From: Streptosporangiaceae bacterium | GTDB taxonomy: Bacteria > Actinomycetota > Actinomycetes > Streptosporangiales > Streptosporangiaceae | Assembly (NCBI GenBank): GCA_036758685.1 | Contig: DAIOWC010000005.1 | Coordinates: 1-60,798 of the forward strand | Length of the DNA: 60,798 bases | Direction of reading: 5' to 3' | In this document: positions 38,020 to 45,566 of the stretch, one piece after another | Layout of the letters: each line of letters starts with the position of its first letter | Numbering within the stretch: the first letter of the stretch is position 1 | Notes under the pieces: model-generated | Databases searched by the model: none | Seen by the model: the letters and a program-made list of their open reading frames with translations, nothing else | Told to the model about the DNA's origin: nothing | Position numbers and translations under genes: made by a program

Positions 38020-38502
38020 CTAGGCCTGCGCCCGGCCAGCGGCCAGATTGGCGAGCGCGTGGCCGGTCAGCCGGTAGACCGTCCACTCGTCCATCGCGGT
38101 CGCGCCGAGCGACCGGTAGAACCCGATGGCGGGCTCGTTCCAGTCCAGCACCCACCACTCGAGCCGCCCGTAGCCGCGCTCCACGCAGAGGGCGGCCAGC
38201 TCGGCGAGCAGCTGCCTGCCGATGCCGTGACCGCGCATCTCGGGGGTCACGTACAGGTCCTCCAGGTAGATGCCGTGTCGGCAGAGCCAGGTGGAAAAGT
38301 TGAGGAACCAGAGCGCGAACCCGACAATCCGGCCGTCATGGTCGGCGACGTGCGCGAACACGGCGGGCTCGGGGCCGAAGAGCGCCTGCTCCAGCTGCTG
38401 CGGTGTCCCGGTTGCCTCGGGCAGCGACCGCTCGTACTGGGCGAGCTCGCGGATCAGCTGGTGGATCGCGGGCACGTCGGCCGGAGCAGCGCGCCTGATC
38501 AC
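38020..38502 (-). CDS. GNAT-family N-acetyltransferase (diamine/SSAT-like)
   Basis: 160 aa from GTG 38502, which overlaps the gntR stop (GTGA). The acetyl-CoA motif RGHGIGRQLL is present. Confidence 0.85.
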   Translation of the reverse strand: MIRRAAPADVPAIHQLIRELAQYERSLPEATGTPQQLEQALFGPEPAVFAHVADHDGRIVGFALWFLNFSTWLCRHGIYLEDLYVTPEMRGHGIGRQLLAELAALCVERGYGRLEWWVLDWNEPAIGFYRSLGATAMDEWTVYRLTGHALANLAAGRAQA

Positions 38503-39272
38503 GCCGGCCGGCCCGGCACGTCGAACCGGTACCGCAGCCGGAAGCGGTCGGCCGGGATCACGAGGTCGGCGGTTTCCACCGGATCGCCGGCACACAGATG
38601 AGTGCGCTCGATCGCCAGCACCTGGGCACCGGGCGGCAGTGCGAGCGCCTCGGCCTCGCCCAGCAGCGACTGACGCACTAGCAGTTCCTCCAGCACCTGG
38701 TCCACCTCGATCCCGATCGACCCGAGCCGCTCGATCACGCCGCGGCCGGCCAGCGGACCCTGCTCTGGCAGCGCAACCGCGGTGCCCTCGGTGAGCCCGG
38801 CCGGCTCGTAGCTGGTCGCCAGCTGGACCGGCTCGCCGTCGGCGGCGAGGAGATACCTGGTCGCGGTGACTAACACCGCCGCCGGGCTCGCCCCGAGCCG
38901 TCTCGCGATGGAAGGCGGCGGCGCGATGTGCTCAGTCTGATGCTCCCAGGTGAGCCTGCGGGCATGGTCACCAGGACTGGCGGACTCGTCCAGCCCGAAC
39001 GGCGAGCCGGGAAAGTGCAGCCGGTCGTGATCGAGATAGTGACCGGCGGGCGCGTGCCGCACGTACGAGCCCGAGCCGGCCCTGGCCTCGATCAGGCCCT
39101 CGGTCGCCAGCACCTGCAGCGCGTGCTTGGCGGCGGTCTCGCCCACCCCGTAGCGCGCGATGATCGCGTTGCGCGACGGGATCCTGGCGCCGGGCGCCAG
39201 CACACCATCGCGGATCCGCATCCGCAGATCTTCGAGCACTCGCAGATAGACCGGGCTGTTTGACCTGCCCAT
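38499..39272 (-). CDS. GntR/HutC-family transcriptional regulator (wHTH + UTRA)
   Basis: 257 aa from ATG 39272 (MGRSNSPVYLRVLEDLRMRIRDGVLAPGARIPSRNAIIARYGVGETAAKHALQVL). The track ORF opens at 39416. Confidence 0.85.
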   Translation of the reverse strand: MGRSNSPVYLRVLEDLRMRIRDGVLAPGARIPSRNAIIARYGVGETAAKHALQVLATEGLIEARAGSGSYVRHAPAGHYLDHDRLHFPGSPFGLDESASPGDHARRLTWEHQTEHIAPPPSIARRLGASPAAVLVTATRYLLAADGEPVQLATSYEPAGLTEGTAVALPEQGPLAGRGVIERLGSIGIEVDQVLEELLVRQSLLGEAEALALPPGAQVLAIERTHLCAGDPVETADLVIPADRFRLRYRFDVPGRPA

Positions 39273-39383
39273 CGGCCGCGCCCCCCAGCGTCGCGGCAGC
39301 CGCGCTGCCTCAGCTTCGACCAAGCTGAGGTCATTGTCACCGACCGGGCCGTGCCGAGCGGCGTTTCGGCTCCGGGACACACC

Positions 39384-39412
39384 TTGACGGAGCAATACCC
39401 GCATCTTAATAT
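39384..39412 (+). promoter_or_regulatory. Near-consensus sigma70-type promoter facing the APC permease
   Basis: TTGACG-17 nt-TAATAT lies in the most AT-rich patch of the intergenic region. This implies a 5' leader of about 355 nt before TTG 39775. Confidence 0.5.
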
Positions 39413-39774
39413 GCAAAATAAGTGCTTTTCGGAACTATTCTCTGCCATTTGACCCGGGAGTAATTCCAATGGACCTGCCGTGCGCCGCCCGAGTCCTCGG
39501 AATCGCTGCCTTAGTGCCGTCAGATTCCGGCGACCGGAAGCACATCTGGCTCACGAACCGGACGGCCGTCCCCGGCGTCAATCCCTGCGACAAGGGCAAA
39601 TGCCGCGGTACTGCCAGGCCGGGGGGCTGATCAATGAGTGCCCGTGCTGCGGCGTCTATGCCTCCGGCGTGGCTTTCGAGGGTAATCGGTCCGATTCTTA
39701 CTGCGTTGCCAATTCCTAGCCGAGAGGGGTGCCTGAACAAGGTCTGAGGCTCAACCGGACTAGAGGGGCTGACA

Positions 39775-41241
39775 TTGAGCGAAGCGGCAATACCATTTTC
39801 TGAGACCAAGGCACCCGAGTCACCGGACCGGCTGCGCCGCGGCGCGCTGAGTCTGGTCGACATCTCGGCCTCGACGATGGCGAACATCGGCCCGGCCTAC
39901 AGCTTCTACTTCAGCTACGGCTTCATCGTCGTGACCGCGGGCCTCGCGGCGCCGCTGACGATCGTCGCGGCCGCCATCGCGGTCGCCCTGCTCGGCAACA
40001 CCCTGTCCGAGTTCTCCCGCGCGCACCCCTCGACCGGCGGCTTCATCACGTTCGTGGGCAAGACGTTCGGCGGCACCAGCGCGGTCACCACGGCGCTGCT
40101 GTGCGGGGCCGGCTACATCATCGCGATCTCGTCGGTGCTGGCGATCTCCGGCGGTTTCCTGTCGATGACGCTGCAGTACTACTTCAACTGGAACGTGCCG
40201 TGGATCATTTTCTCGGTGATCCTGACCACTGGCGCTGTGTTCATGATGCTCCGCGGCGTGGGCGTGTCCACCAAGCTCGCCGGCATCTTCTTTGGCTTCG
40301 AGATGCTGGTGCTGGTTGTCGTCTCGGTCGTCGCGCTGGTCAAGAACGGCAGCCACCTGAGCGCGGCGCCGTTCGAGCCGAGTCACATCACCAAGGGCTT
40401 CAGCGGCCTGGCCGCGGGCTTCCCGCTGGCGGTGTACCTGTTCATCGGCTGGGAGAACTCGGCGGCGCTGGCCGAGGAGACCGGCAATCCGCGGCGCAAC
40501 GTGCCGCGGGCGGTGTTCCTGTCGATCGCGCTGATGGCGGTTGGATACCTGCTCTTCGCCTACGCCACGACCAGCGGCTTCGCCAACAACGGGACGGCGC
40601 TCGGCAGCTCGGCCATCCCGTTCATCACGGTCTCGCACAAGGCCGCGGCGACCCTCGCCGTCTTCGCTTACCTGGCCGGCCTGACCTCGACCATGGGCGT
40701 CCTGATCGCTGCCTGTAACTCCCAGGCCAGGCTGATCTTCAATGCCGGGCGGGAGGGCCTGCTGCCGCGCTGGATCGGCAAGGTCCAGGCGCCGAGGCAG
40801 ACGCCGCGCAATGCCCTGTTCGTCTTCACCGGCATTGCGGGCCTGATCATCGCAGTGTGGTGCCTCCTGCACCTGCTCGGCACTCATGCGCAGCGGGGCG
40901 AGATGAACCCGCTGACGTTCTTCGGCGAGTCGGGCACGATGGGCACGATCCTGGTGCTGGTCGTGTACTTCCTGTCGAATCTCGCGCTGCCGTTCTATTA
41001 CCGGCGGTACCGGCCGTCCGAGTTCAGGATCGTCAAGCACGCGGTACTGCCGGCTCTCGGCATAGTCGCCGTGGGGATCCCGATGTACTACCTGGTGAAA
41101 CCGGGCCAGGCCGCTCCGCTCGACTGGTTCCCCTACCTCGGGCTCGCGATCATCGTCCTGTCGGTTTGCTACGCGGTCTGGCTGGTACGGCGAGACCCCG
41201 GAGTGGGTGACCGGGTGGGCTCTATCGTCGCCGACGAGTAA
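39775..41241 (+). CDS. APC-superfamily amino acid/polyamine permease
   Basis: 488 aa with about 12 TM helices. SD agagggg lies 6 nt upstream of the TTG. Confidence 0.88.
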   Translation: MSEAAIPFSETKAPESPDRLRRGALSLVDISASTMANIGPAYSFYFSYGFIVVTAGLAAPLTIVAAAIAVALLGNTLSEFSRAHPSTGGFITFVGKTFGGTSAVTTALLCGAGYIIAISSVLAISGGFLSMTLQYYFNWNVPWIIFSVILTTGAVFMMLRGVGVSTKLAGIFFGFEMLVLVVVSVVALVKNGSHLSAAPFEPSHITKGFSGLAAGFPLAVYLFIGWENSAALAEETGNPRRNVPRAVFLSIALMAVGYLLFAYATTSGFANNGTALGSSAIPFITVSHKAAATLAVFAYLAGLTSTMGVLIAACNSQARLIFNAGREGLLPRWIGKVQAPRQTPRNALFVFTGIAGLIIAVWCLLHLLGTHAQRGEMNPLTFFGESGTMGTILVLVVYFLSNLALPFYYRRYRPSEFRIVKHAVLPALGIVAVGIPMYYLVKPGQAAPLDWFPYLGLAIIVLSVCYAVWLVRRDPGVGDRVGSIVADE

Positions 41242-41253
41242 GGCTGTCCAGAG

Positions 41254-41283
41254 GTACCCGGGGTTCCCTACGGCCCCGGGTAC
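41254..41283. terminator. Hairpin between the convergent permease and glyoxalase-fold genes
   Basis: 10-bp stem gtacccgggg / ccccgggtac with a 10-nt loop, followed by ttcg. Confidence 0.55.
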
Positions 41284-41296
41284 TTCGCCGGCGAGG

Positions 41297-41671
41297 TCAG
41301 TCGCTGCCTTCTTCGAGCAGCAGGTGGTAGCCGTTGGGGGTCCGGGCGTGCAGGACCCGGTACTGCCAGTCCGCGCTGGGCGTCATGAGCTCCTCGCGGT
41401 ACCTGACGCCGGCCTCCTCGAGGCGCTTCTTCGCGAGATCCAGGTCGCTCACACCGAACTGCCACGTCAGCACGCGATCCGGGCCAGAAGGAGAGAAATC
41501 CGACCGCCACTCGATGCCGAATTCAAGCTTGCCGTGGCCGAGCGCGAGAAAGTACGGATACTCGGGTCCCTCGTACGTGACGTGGAATCCGAGGTCCTCG
41601 TAGAACTTGCGCTCTGCCTGCAGATCTCCGACAAAGAGGATCGGAATGATCCGGCTGAACAATGCCGCCAT
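41297..41671 (-). CDS. VOC-family (glyoxalase/bleomycin-resistance fold) protein
   Basis: 124 aa from ATG 41671 (MAALFSRIIPILFVGDLQAERKFYEDLGFHVTYEG...). Confidence 0.8.
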   Translation of the reverse strand: MAALFSRIIPILFVGDLQAERKFYEDLGFHVTYEGPEYPYFLALGHGKLEFGIEWRSDFSPSGPDRVLTWQFGVSDLDLAKKRLEEAGVRYREELMTPSADWQYRVLHARTPNGYHLLLEEGSD

Positions 41672-41926
41672 AGCGGGACATCGTACCGAGCTGGCGGCCC
41701 GGCCGTGACCACTCTGCGCGCACGTTTCCTGCCTTGGCGCCATTTCGTCACGCACGTGCATCCGGGCGGCGGCCTAGCGGTCGGCTCACAGTCACCAAGC
41801 GCACCTCTAGGACTCATATTGATTCGGACAGTAGTGGGTAGGTTACATTTGGTACACGAGCATGGCAGCAGGTACGGCCGATGCCCGTCACAGTCCGGTG
41901 ATAGCGACTCGGGGGGAGATGTCACC

Positions 41927-42754
41927 ATGACGACACAGGCCGAGGAACTCCTCGGCGCGCAGGTAACTGGCGCCGATGGCAAAGTGGTAGGCACCGTCGA
42001 GCAGGTATTCAGGGACGACGTGGACGGAACCCCTGCCTGGGCTCGCGTCCGCTCTGGCAAAACCGGCCGCTTCGTGCCTCTCGCCAGCAGCCAGGTCACC
42101 AGAGATGGCCTCAGCGTCCCTTACGACTCGCAGAAGATCATGGGCGGCCCGAACATCGATGCCGGCCAGCACATGTCGGCGGCCCAGGCCGAGGATCTCA
42201 GCCGCTACTACGGACTCACCATCCCTTCGCAGCAGACCCAGACCCAGCAGACGCAGCAGATGCAGCAGGGCGAGCAGATGCAGCAGGGCCAGCAGATGCA
42301 GCAAGACCAGCCGCTGCAGCAGGGCCAGCAGCAGATGCCGCAGGGCAAGCTGACCGACGAGGACTGGCTAGTCCGCCAGGAGGAGCGCCTCCAGGTAGGC
42401 AAGGAGATGCTCGAGACCGGCCACGTCCGGCTGCACAAGTACGTGGACGTGGAGCCGGTGGAGCAGGTCGTCCACGTATTCCACGAGGAGTACGACATCG
42501 AGCGCGTTCCGATCACCGCCGACGAGCGCATCAGCGGGAACATCCAGGAAGGCGAGCAGGAGATCATCCTGCACGAGGAGCGCGCCGTCATGCGCAAGGA
42601 GACGGTGCCGGTCGAGCGCGTGCGGCTGACGGCCAAGCGCGTCGAGGAGGACAAGACCTACCGGGACGAGATCCGCCGGGAGCGGATCGAGCTCGAGCCG
42701 GACCAGCAGTTCGCCAGCAGCGGTCAGCAGAACCCGAGCCAGCCGCGCAGGTAG
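41927..42754 (+). CDS. PRC-barrel + DUF2382 (YsnF-like) stress-associated protein with a Q-rich linker
   Basis: ATG at 41927 with SD ggggggag. The N-terminal PRC-barrel pattern (VTGADGKVVGTVEQVFRDD) and C-terminal DUF2382-like repeats (ERLQVGKE..., RLHKYV) are present. The track ORF (from 41207) is an upstream read-through artefact. Confidence 0.75.
   Translation: MTTQAEELLGAQVTGADGKVVGTVEQVFRDDVDGTPAWARVRSGKTGRFVPLASSQVTRDGLSVPYDSQKIMGGPNIDAGQHMSAAQAEDLSRYYGLTIPSQQTQTQQTQQMQQGEQMQQGQQMQQDQPLQQGQQQMPQGKLTDEDWLVRQEERLQVGKEMLETGHVRLHKYVDVEPVEQVVHVFHEEYDIERVPITADERISGNIQEGEQEIILHEERAVMRKETVPVERVRLTAKRVEEDKTYRDEIRRERIELEPDQQFASSGQQNPSQPRR
42230..42346 (+). repeat. Imperfect 18-nt tandem repeats encoding a Q-rich linker
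   Basis: The units ggcgagcagatgcagcag / ggccagcagatgcagcaa / gaccagccgctgcagcag / ggccagcagcagatgccgcag encode GEQMQQ-GQQMQQ-DQPLQQ-GQQQMPQ. Confidence 0.6.
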
Positions 42755-42778
42755 CGGCCGGCGCGACATCTAGACAGG

Positions 42779-42808
42779 AAGGTCCCCGGGCGGGCGTCCG
42801 GGGACCTT
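42779..42808. terminator. Hairpin between the convergent PRC-barrel and O-methyltransferase genes
   Basis: 11-bp stem aaggtccccgg / ccggggacctt with an 8-nt loop, followed by the T-rich tcccgttgt. Confidence 0.6.
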
Positions 42809-42828
42809 TCCCGTTGTCAGCGGGCGGG

Positions 42829-43521
42829 TTACCGCTTGCGGGCCAGGGTGAGCCCGTCGCCGATCGGCAGCATGACGAGGTCAACCCGGTCGTCGGCGGC
42901 CGCGTGATCGTTGAAGGCGCGGATGCTCGTCAGGTTCGCGTCGGCAGGGTCGGGGTCGACGACCCGGCCGCTCCACAGGGTGTTGTCGACCATGATCACG
43001 CCGCCCGTCCTGATCCTCGGGACCACCTCGTCCCAGTAGCTGACATAGCTGGGTTTGTCGGCATCGATGAAGGCCAGGTCAAAGGTCTCGTCGGCGGGCA
43101 GGCCGTGCAGGGTCTCGATCGCGGGGCGCAGCTGGAGGTCGATCCGGTCTGCCAGGCCTGCCTCCTGCCAGTACCGGCGGGCGACCGAGGTCCACTCTTC
43201 GCTGACGTCGCAGCAGGTCAGGCGGCCTCCGGAGGCCAGGCCGCGGGCAATGCAGATGGCGGAGTAGCCGGTAAACGTCCCGATCTCCAGCGCCCGGCGG
43301 GCACCGACCAGCTGGGTCAGGATCGTCATGAAGGCGCCCTGCTCCGAGCCGATCTGCATCCCGGCGGCGTCGGGGAAGGTGCTGACGGTCTCAGCGGCGA
43401 GCTGGCTGAGCACCGCATCGCGCTGGGAGCTGTGCGCGACGACGTAGTCCTGGAGTTCCTCGCTGAGCTGCTCGGTGCGACGGTTCATGGCCGGCAATGC
43501 TAACGCGTCCCGGTCCGACAT
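42829..43521 (-). CDS. Class I SAM-dependent O-methyltransferase (caffeoyl-CoA OMT family)
   Basis: The SAM motif LEIGTFTGYSAICIA and FIDADKPSY are present. The start is either ATG 43521 or ATG 43488; the track ORF opens at 43656. Confidence 0.85.
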   Translation of the reverse strand: MSDRDALALPAMNRRTEQLSEELQDYVVAHSSQRDAVLSQLAAETVSTFPDAAGMQIGSEQGAFMTILTQLVGARRALEIGTFTGYSAICIARGLASGGRLTCCDVSEEWTSVARRYWQEAGLADRIDLQLRPAIETLHGLPADETFDLAFIDADKPSYVSYWDEVVPRIRTGGVIMVDNTLWSGRVVDPDPADANLTSIRAFNDHAAADDRVDLVMLPIGDGLTLARKR

Positions 43522-43585
43522 CGGGTAGTAAGGTACGCCGTCATGGCGACGGCGGGGCCCCCGTCGGTCGGCTACCCTCGTTTCC

Positions 43586-44482
43586 ATGCCGAAGCATGTC
43601 CTCAGCTTCATACCGAGCCCGCCTATCAACGGGTTCCATATCGGGCCGCTGTTCATCCACTTCTACGGCCTGATGTATGTGATCGGCATCACGCTGGCGA
43701 TCATCATCACCCGCCGCCGGTGGCGGGCTCTGGGCGGCAATCCCGACCTGGTCGGCGACGTGGCGCTGTGGGCCGTCCCCGCCGGTCTGATCGGGGCGAG
43801 GATCTACTTCGACATCACTACGCCAGCTGATATCCCGCACCACTGGTGGGGCGTCTTTGCCCTCTGGTCCGGCGGGCTTGGCATCTGGGGCGGCATCGCC
43901 GCCGGAGCCGCGGCCGGCATCTGGCGGGTGCACAAGGCCGGCGCCAGCACGGGCCAGTTCGCCAACGCCATAGCTCCGGCCCTGCTCGTCGCCCAGGCCG
44001 TCGGCCGGGTCGGCAACTACTTCAACCAGGAGCTGTTCGGCAAGCCCACCTCGCTGCCCTGGGGGCTGGAGATCGCGCTCGGCAACCGCCCGGCGGGCTA
44101 CGCCGCCTCCAGCACGTTCCAGCCCACGTTTCTGTACGAGATCATCTGGGACCTGGCCCTGGCCGCGTTCCTGGTCTGGCTCGGTCATCACCGGAAGATC
44201 CGGCCATGGGGGTTGTTCGCCCTGTATGTCGCCGGATACTCCGCATTCCGGATCTTCGAGGAGTCGCTGCGGATCGATTCCTCCGAGCACTTCCTCGGCC
44301 TGCGGCTCAACTTCTACGTGGCGACGATCATGACGCTGATCGGCCTCGCCTGGTTCGCCCAGTCGCAGCGGCGGCCAGCGATTACGCTGCCCGAGGCGCC
44401 TGCAGACGACGGCGAGGAGGCCGAAGCCGGGGACGCCGACCTGGACGAAGCGAAGGCCGCGGCTCGCAACTCCGAGCAGTAG
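43586..44482 (+). CDS. lgt: Prolipoprotein diacylglyceryl transferase
   Basis: 298 aa, polytopic, with Lgt motifs FHIGPLFIHFYGLMYVIG, GRVGNYFNQELFG and QPTFLYE. Confidence 0.92.
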   Translation: MPKHVLSFIPSPPINGFHIGPLFIHFYGLMYVIGITLAIIITRRRWRALGGNPDLVGDVALWAVPAGLIGARIYFDITTPADIPHHWWGVFALWSGGLGIWGGIAAGAAAGIWRVHKAGASTGQFANAIAPALLVAQAVGRVGNYFNQELFGKPTSLPWGLEIALGNRPAGYAASSTFQPTFLYEIIWDLALAAFLVWLGHHRKIRPWGLFALYVAGYSAFRIFEESLRIDSSEHFLGLRLNFYVATIMTLIGLAWFAQSQRRPAITLPEAPADDGEEAEAGDADLDEAKAAARNSEQ

Positions 44483-44523
44483 ACCGCGGGCGGGCCGCAG
44501 GCGTCGTGGCATGATCGGCTGAC

Positions 44524-45207
44524 ATGAGCAGTCGGGCCACCGATTCCGGCCGCCGGGCCGGGTCCATCCCCGTCTTCATCGAGGCGGGCAGCAGGCGCGT
44601 GTTTGCGTCGGCGCTGGACTGGCCGGGGTGGGCCAGGAGCGCGAAGACCGAGGAACTGGCGCTCGAGGCACTCGCCGACTACCTGCCGCGGTACGCCCGC
44701 ATCGTGGACCGGGTCCGGCTGGAACCTCCGGACGGCGAGCTCGTCGTGGTCGAGCGGCACCCTCGCGTCGCGAAGAACGCGGACTTCGGCTCGCTGGGGG
44801 AGATCGCCAGCAGCGAGCGGGAACCCCTCACGGCCGACGTCGGCCTGCAGCTGGCCAAGTTGCTGGCGGCTAGCTGGGTGGCCTTCGAGGAGACTGTCGC
44901 CGGCGCGCCCGCGCAGTTGCGCAAGGGCCCGCGCGGCGGCGGGCGCGACACCGACCAGATCGTCGCGCATGTGACCGGCGCCGAAGTCACGTATGCCCGA
45001 AAAATGGGCTTGCAGCGGGACAAGACCGCCGGATCCGTGGCGGACGCGACGGCCCGGCTGCGGGAGCAGATCGTGGGCGCCCTGCAGGCACCGGATGAGC
45101 TGGTGACTCCCGAGAAGGGCTGGCCACCTCGGTACGCCGCCCGCCGGATGGCCTGGCACGTCCTGGATCACCGGTGGGAGATCGAGGACAAGAGCGGGCC
45201 GGGCTGA
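44524..45207 (+). CDS. Conserved hypothetical protein (possible HicB-like N-domain + DinB-like C-domain)
   Basis: 227 aa with good coding character. The N-terminus FASALDWPGWARSAKTEELALEALADYL resembles the HicB/UPF0150 fold. The C-terminal His pattern (HVTGAE...WHVLDHRWEIEDK) resembles DinB-like proteins. Domain calls are by eye only. Confidence 0.55.
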   Translation: MSSRATDSGRRAGSIPVFIEAGSRRVFASALDWPGWARSAKTEELALEALADYLPRYARIVDRVRLEPPDGELVVVERHPRVAKNADFGSLGEIASSEREPLTADVGLQLAKLLAASWVAFEETVAGAPAQLRKGPRGGGRDTDQIVAHVTGAEVTYARKMGLQRDKTAGSVADATARLREQIVGALQAPDELVTPEKGWPPRYAARRMAWHVLDHRWEIEDKSGPG

Positions 45208-45485
45208 TACCGATCCGCGCCTGACGTCGAGGTCGCGATCCTGGTGCTGTTCGCGGTCCTGGCGATCGTGCACTCGGCCTCCCATCACGTGACCAACTTT
45301 CCTCGACACCACGACGGACACGGTCGTCATGTGGGTAGGCGGCGGCGGCCCGGCGATCGGCCTGATCCCGCTGGGATCGGTGCTTCCGGAATCCGATTGA
45401 GCGCGCTGATACGCTAGCGGCATGCAGCGCGCGATTGTGACGACGACGCCGGAGTACGTCCCGGCGCGCTGACCGTTGTCTTTGA

Positions 45486-45519
45486 CCGAAGCCCCGGGGC
45501 GAGTGCCCCGGGGCTTCGG
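45486..45519 (+). promoter_or_regulatory. Very stable hairpin in the leader of the ThrRS paralogue (attenuator or terminator candidate)
   Basis: Perfect 15-bp stem ccgaagccccggggc / gccccggggcttcgg with loop GAGT, 47 nt upstream of ATG 45567 and 279 nt downstream of the previous stop. Confidence 0.45.
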
Positions 45520-45566
45520 CGTTCCTGCGGTGCACTCACCCGGTAACTGTGAGAGGAAGCATCGCC

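Noticed and set aside
37994-38158. The N-terminal 55 codons of the track ORF for the GH38 gene.
   Set aside because: They would overlap the 3' end of the upstream GNAT gene, and the translation is Arg/Gly-rich. The in-frame ATG at 37993 lies 26 nt after the GNAT stop.
41207-41926. The 5' extension of the 515-aa track ORF 41207-42754.
   Set aside because: The extension runs antisense through the glyoxalase-fold gene and across a terminator hairpin. A strong SD and ATG at 41927 begin the recognisable PRC-barrel domain.
45223-45417. A possible small ORF with a hydrophobic helix and a His-rich tail (…LFAVLAIVHSASHHVTNFPRHHDGHGRH…) in the lgt-side spacer.
   Set aside because: It has no ATG and only a poorly spaced internal GTG. 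GC3 collapses after about 17 codons, so it is probably non-coding.
45208-45566. A T-box leader (or tRNA-mimic operator) upstream of the ThrRS paralogue.
   Set aside because: I could not find the conserved T-box sequence (GGUGGUACCGCG-like), a specifier-loop architecture, or an anticodon-like loop. The closest string, ccggagtacgtcccggcgcg, is a poor match.
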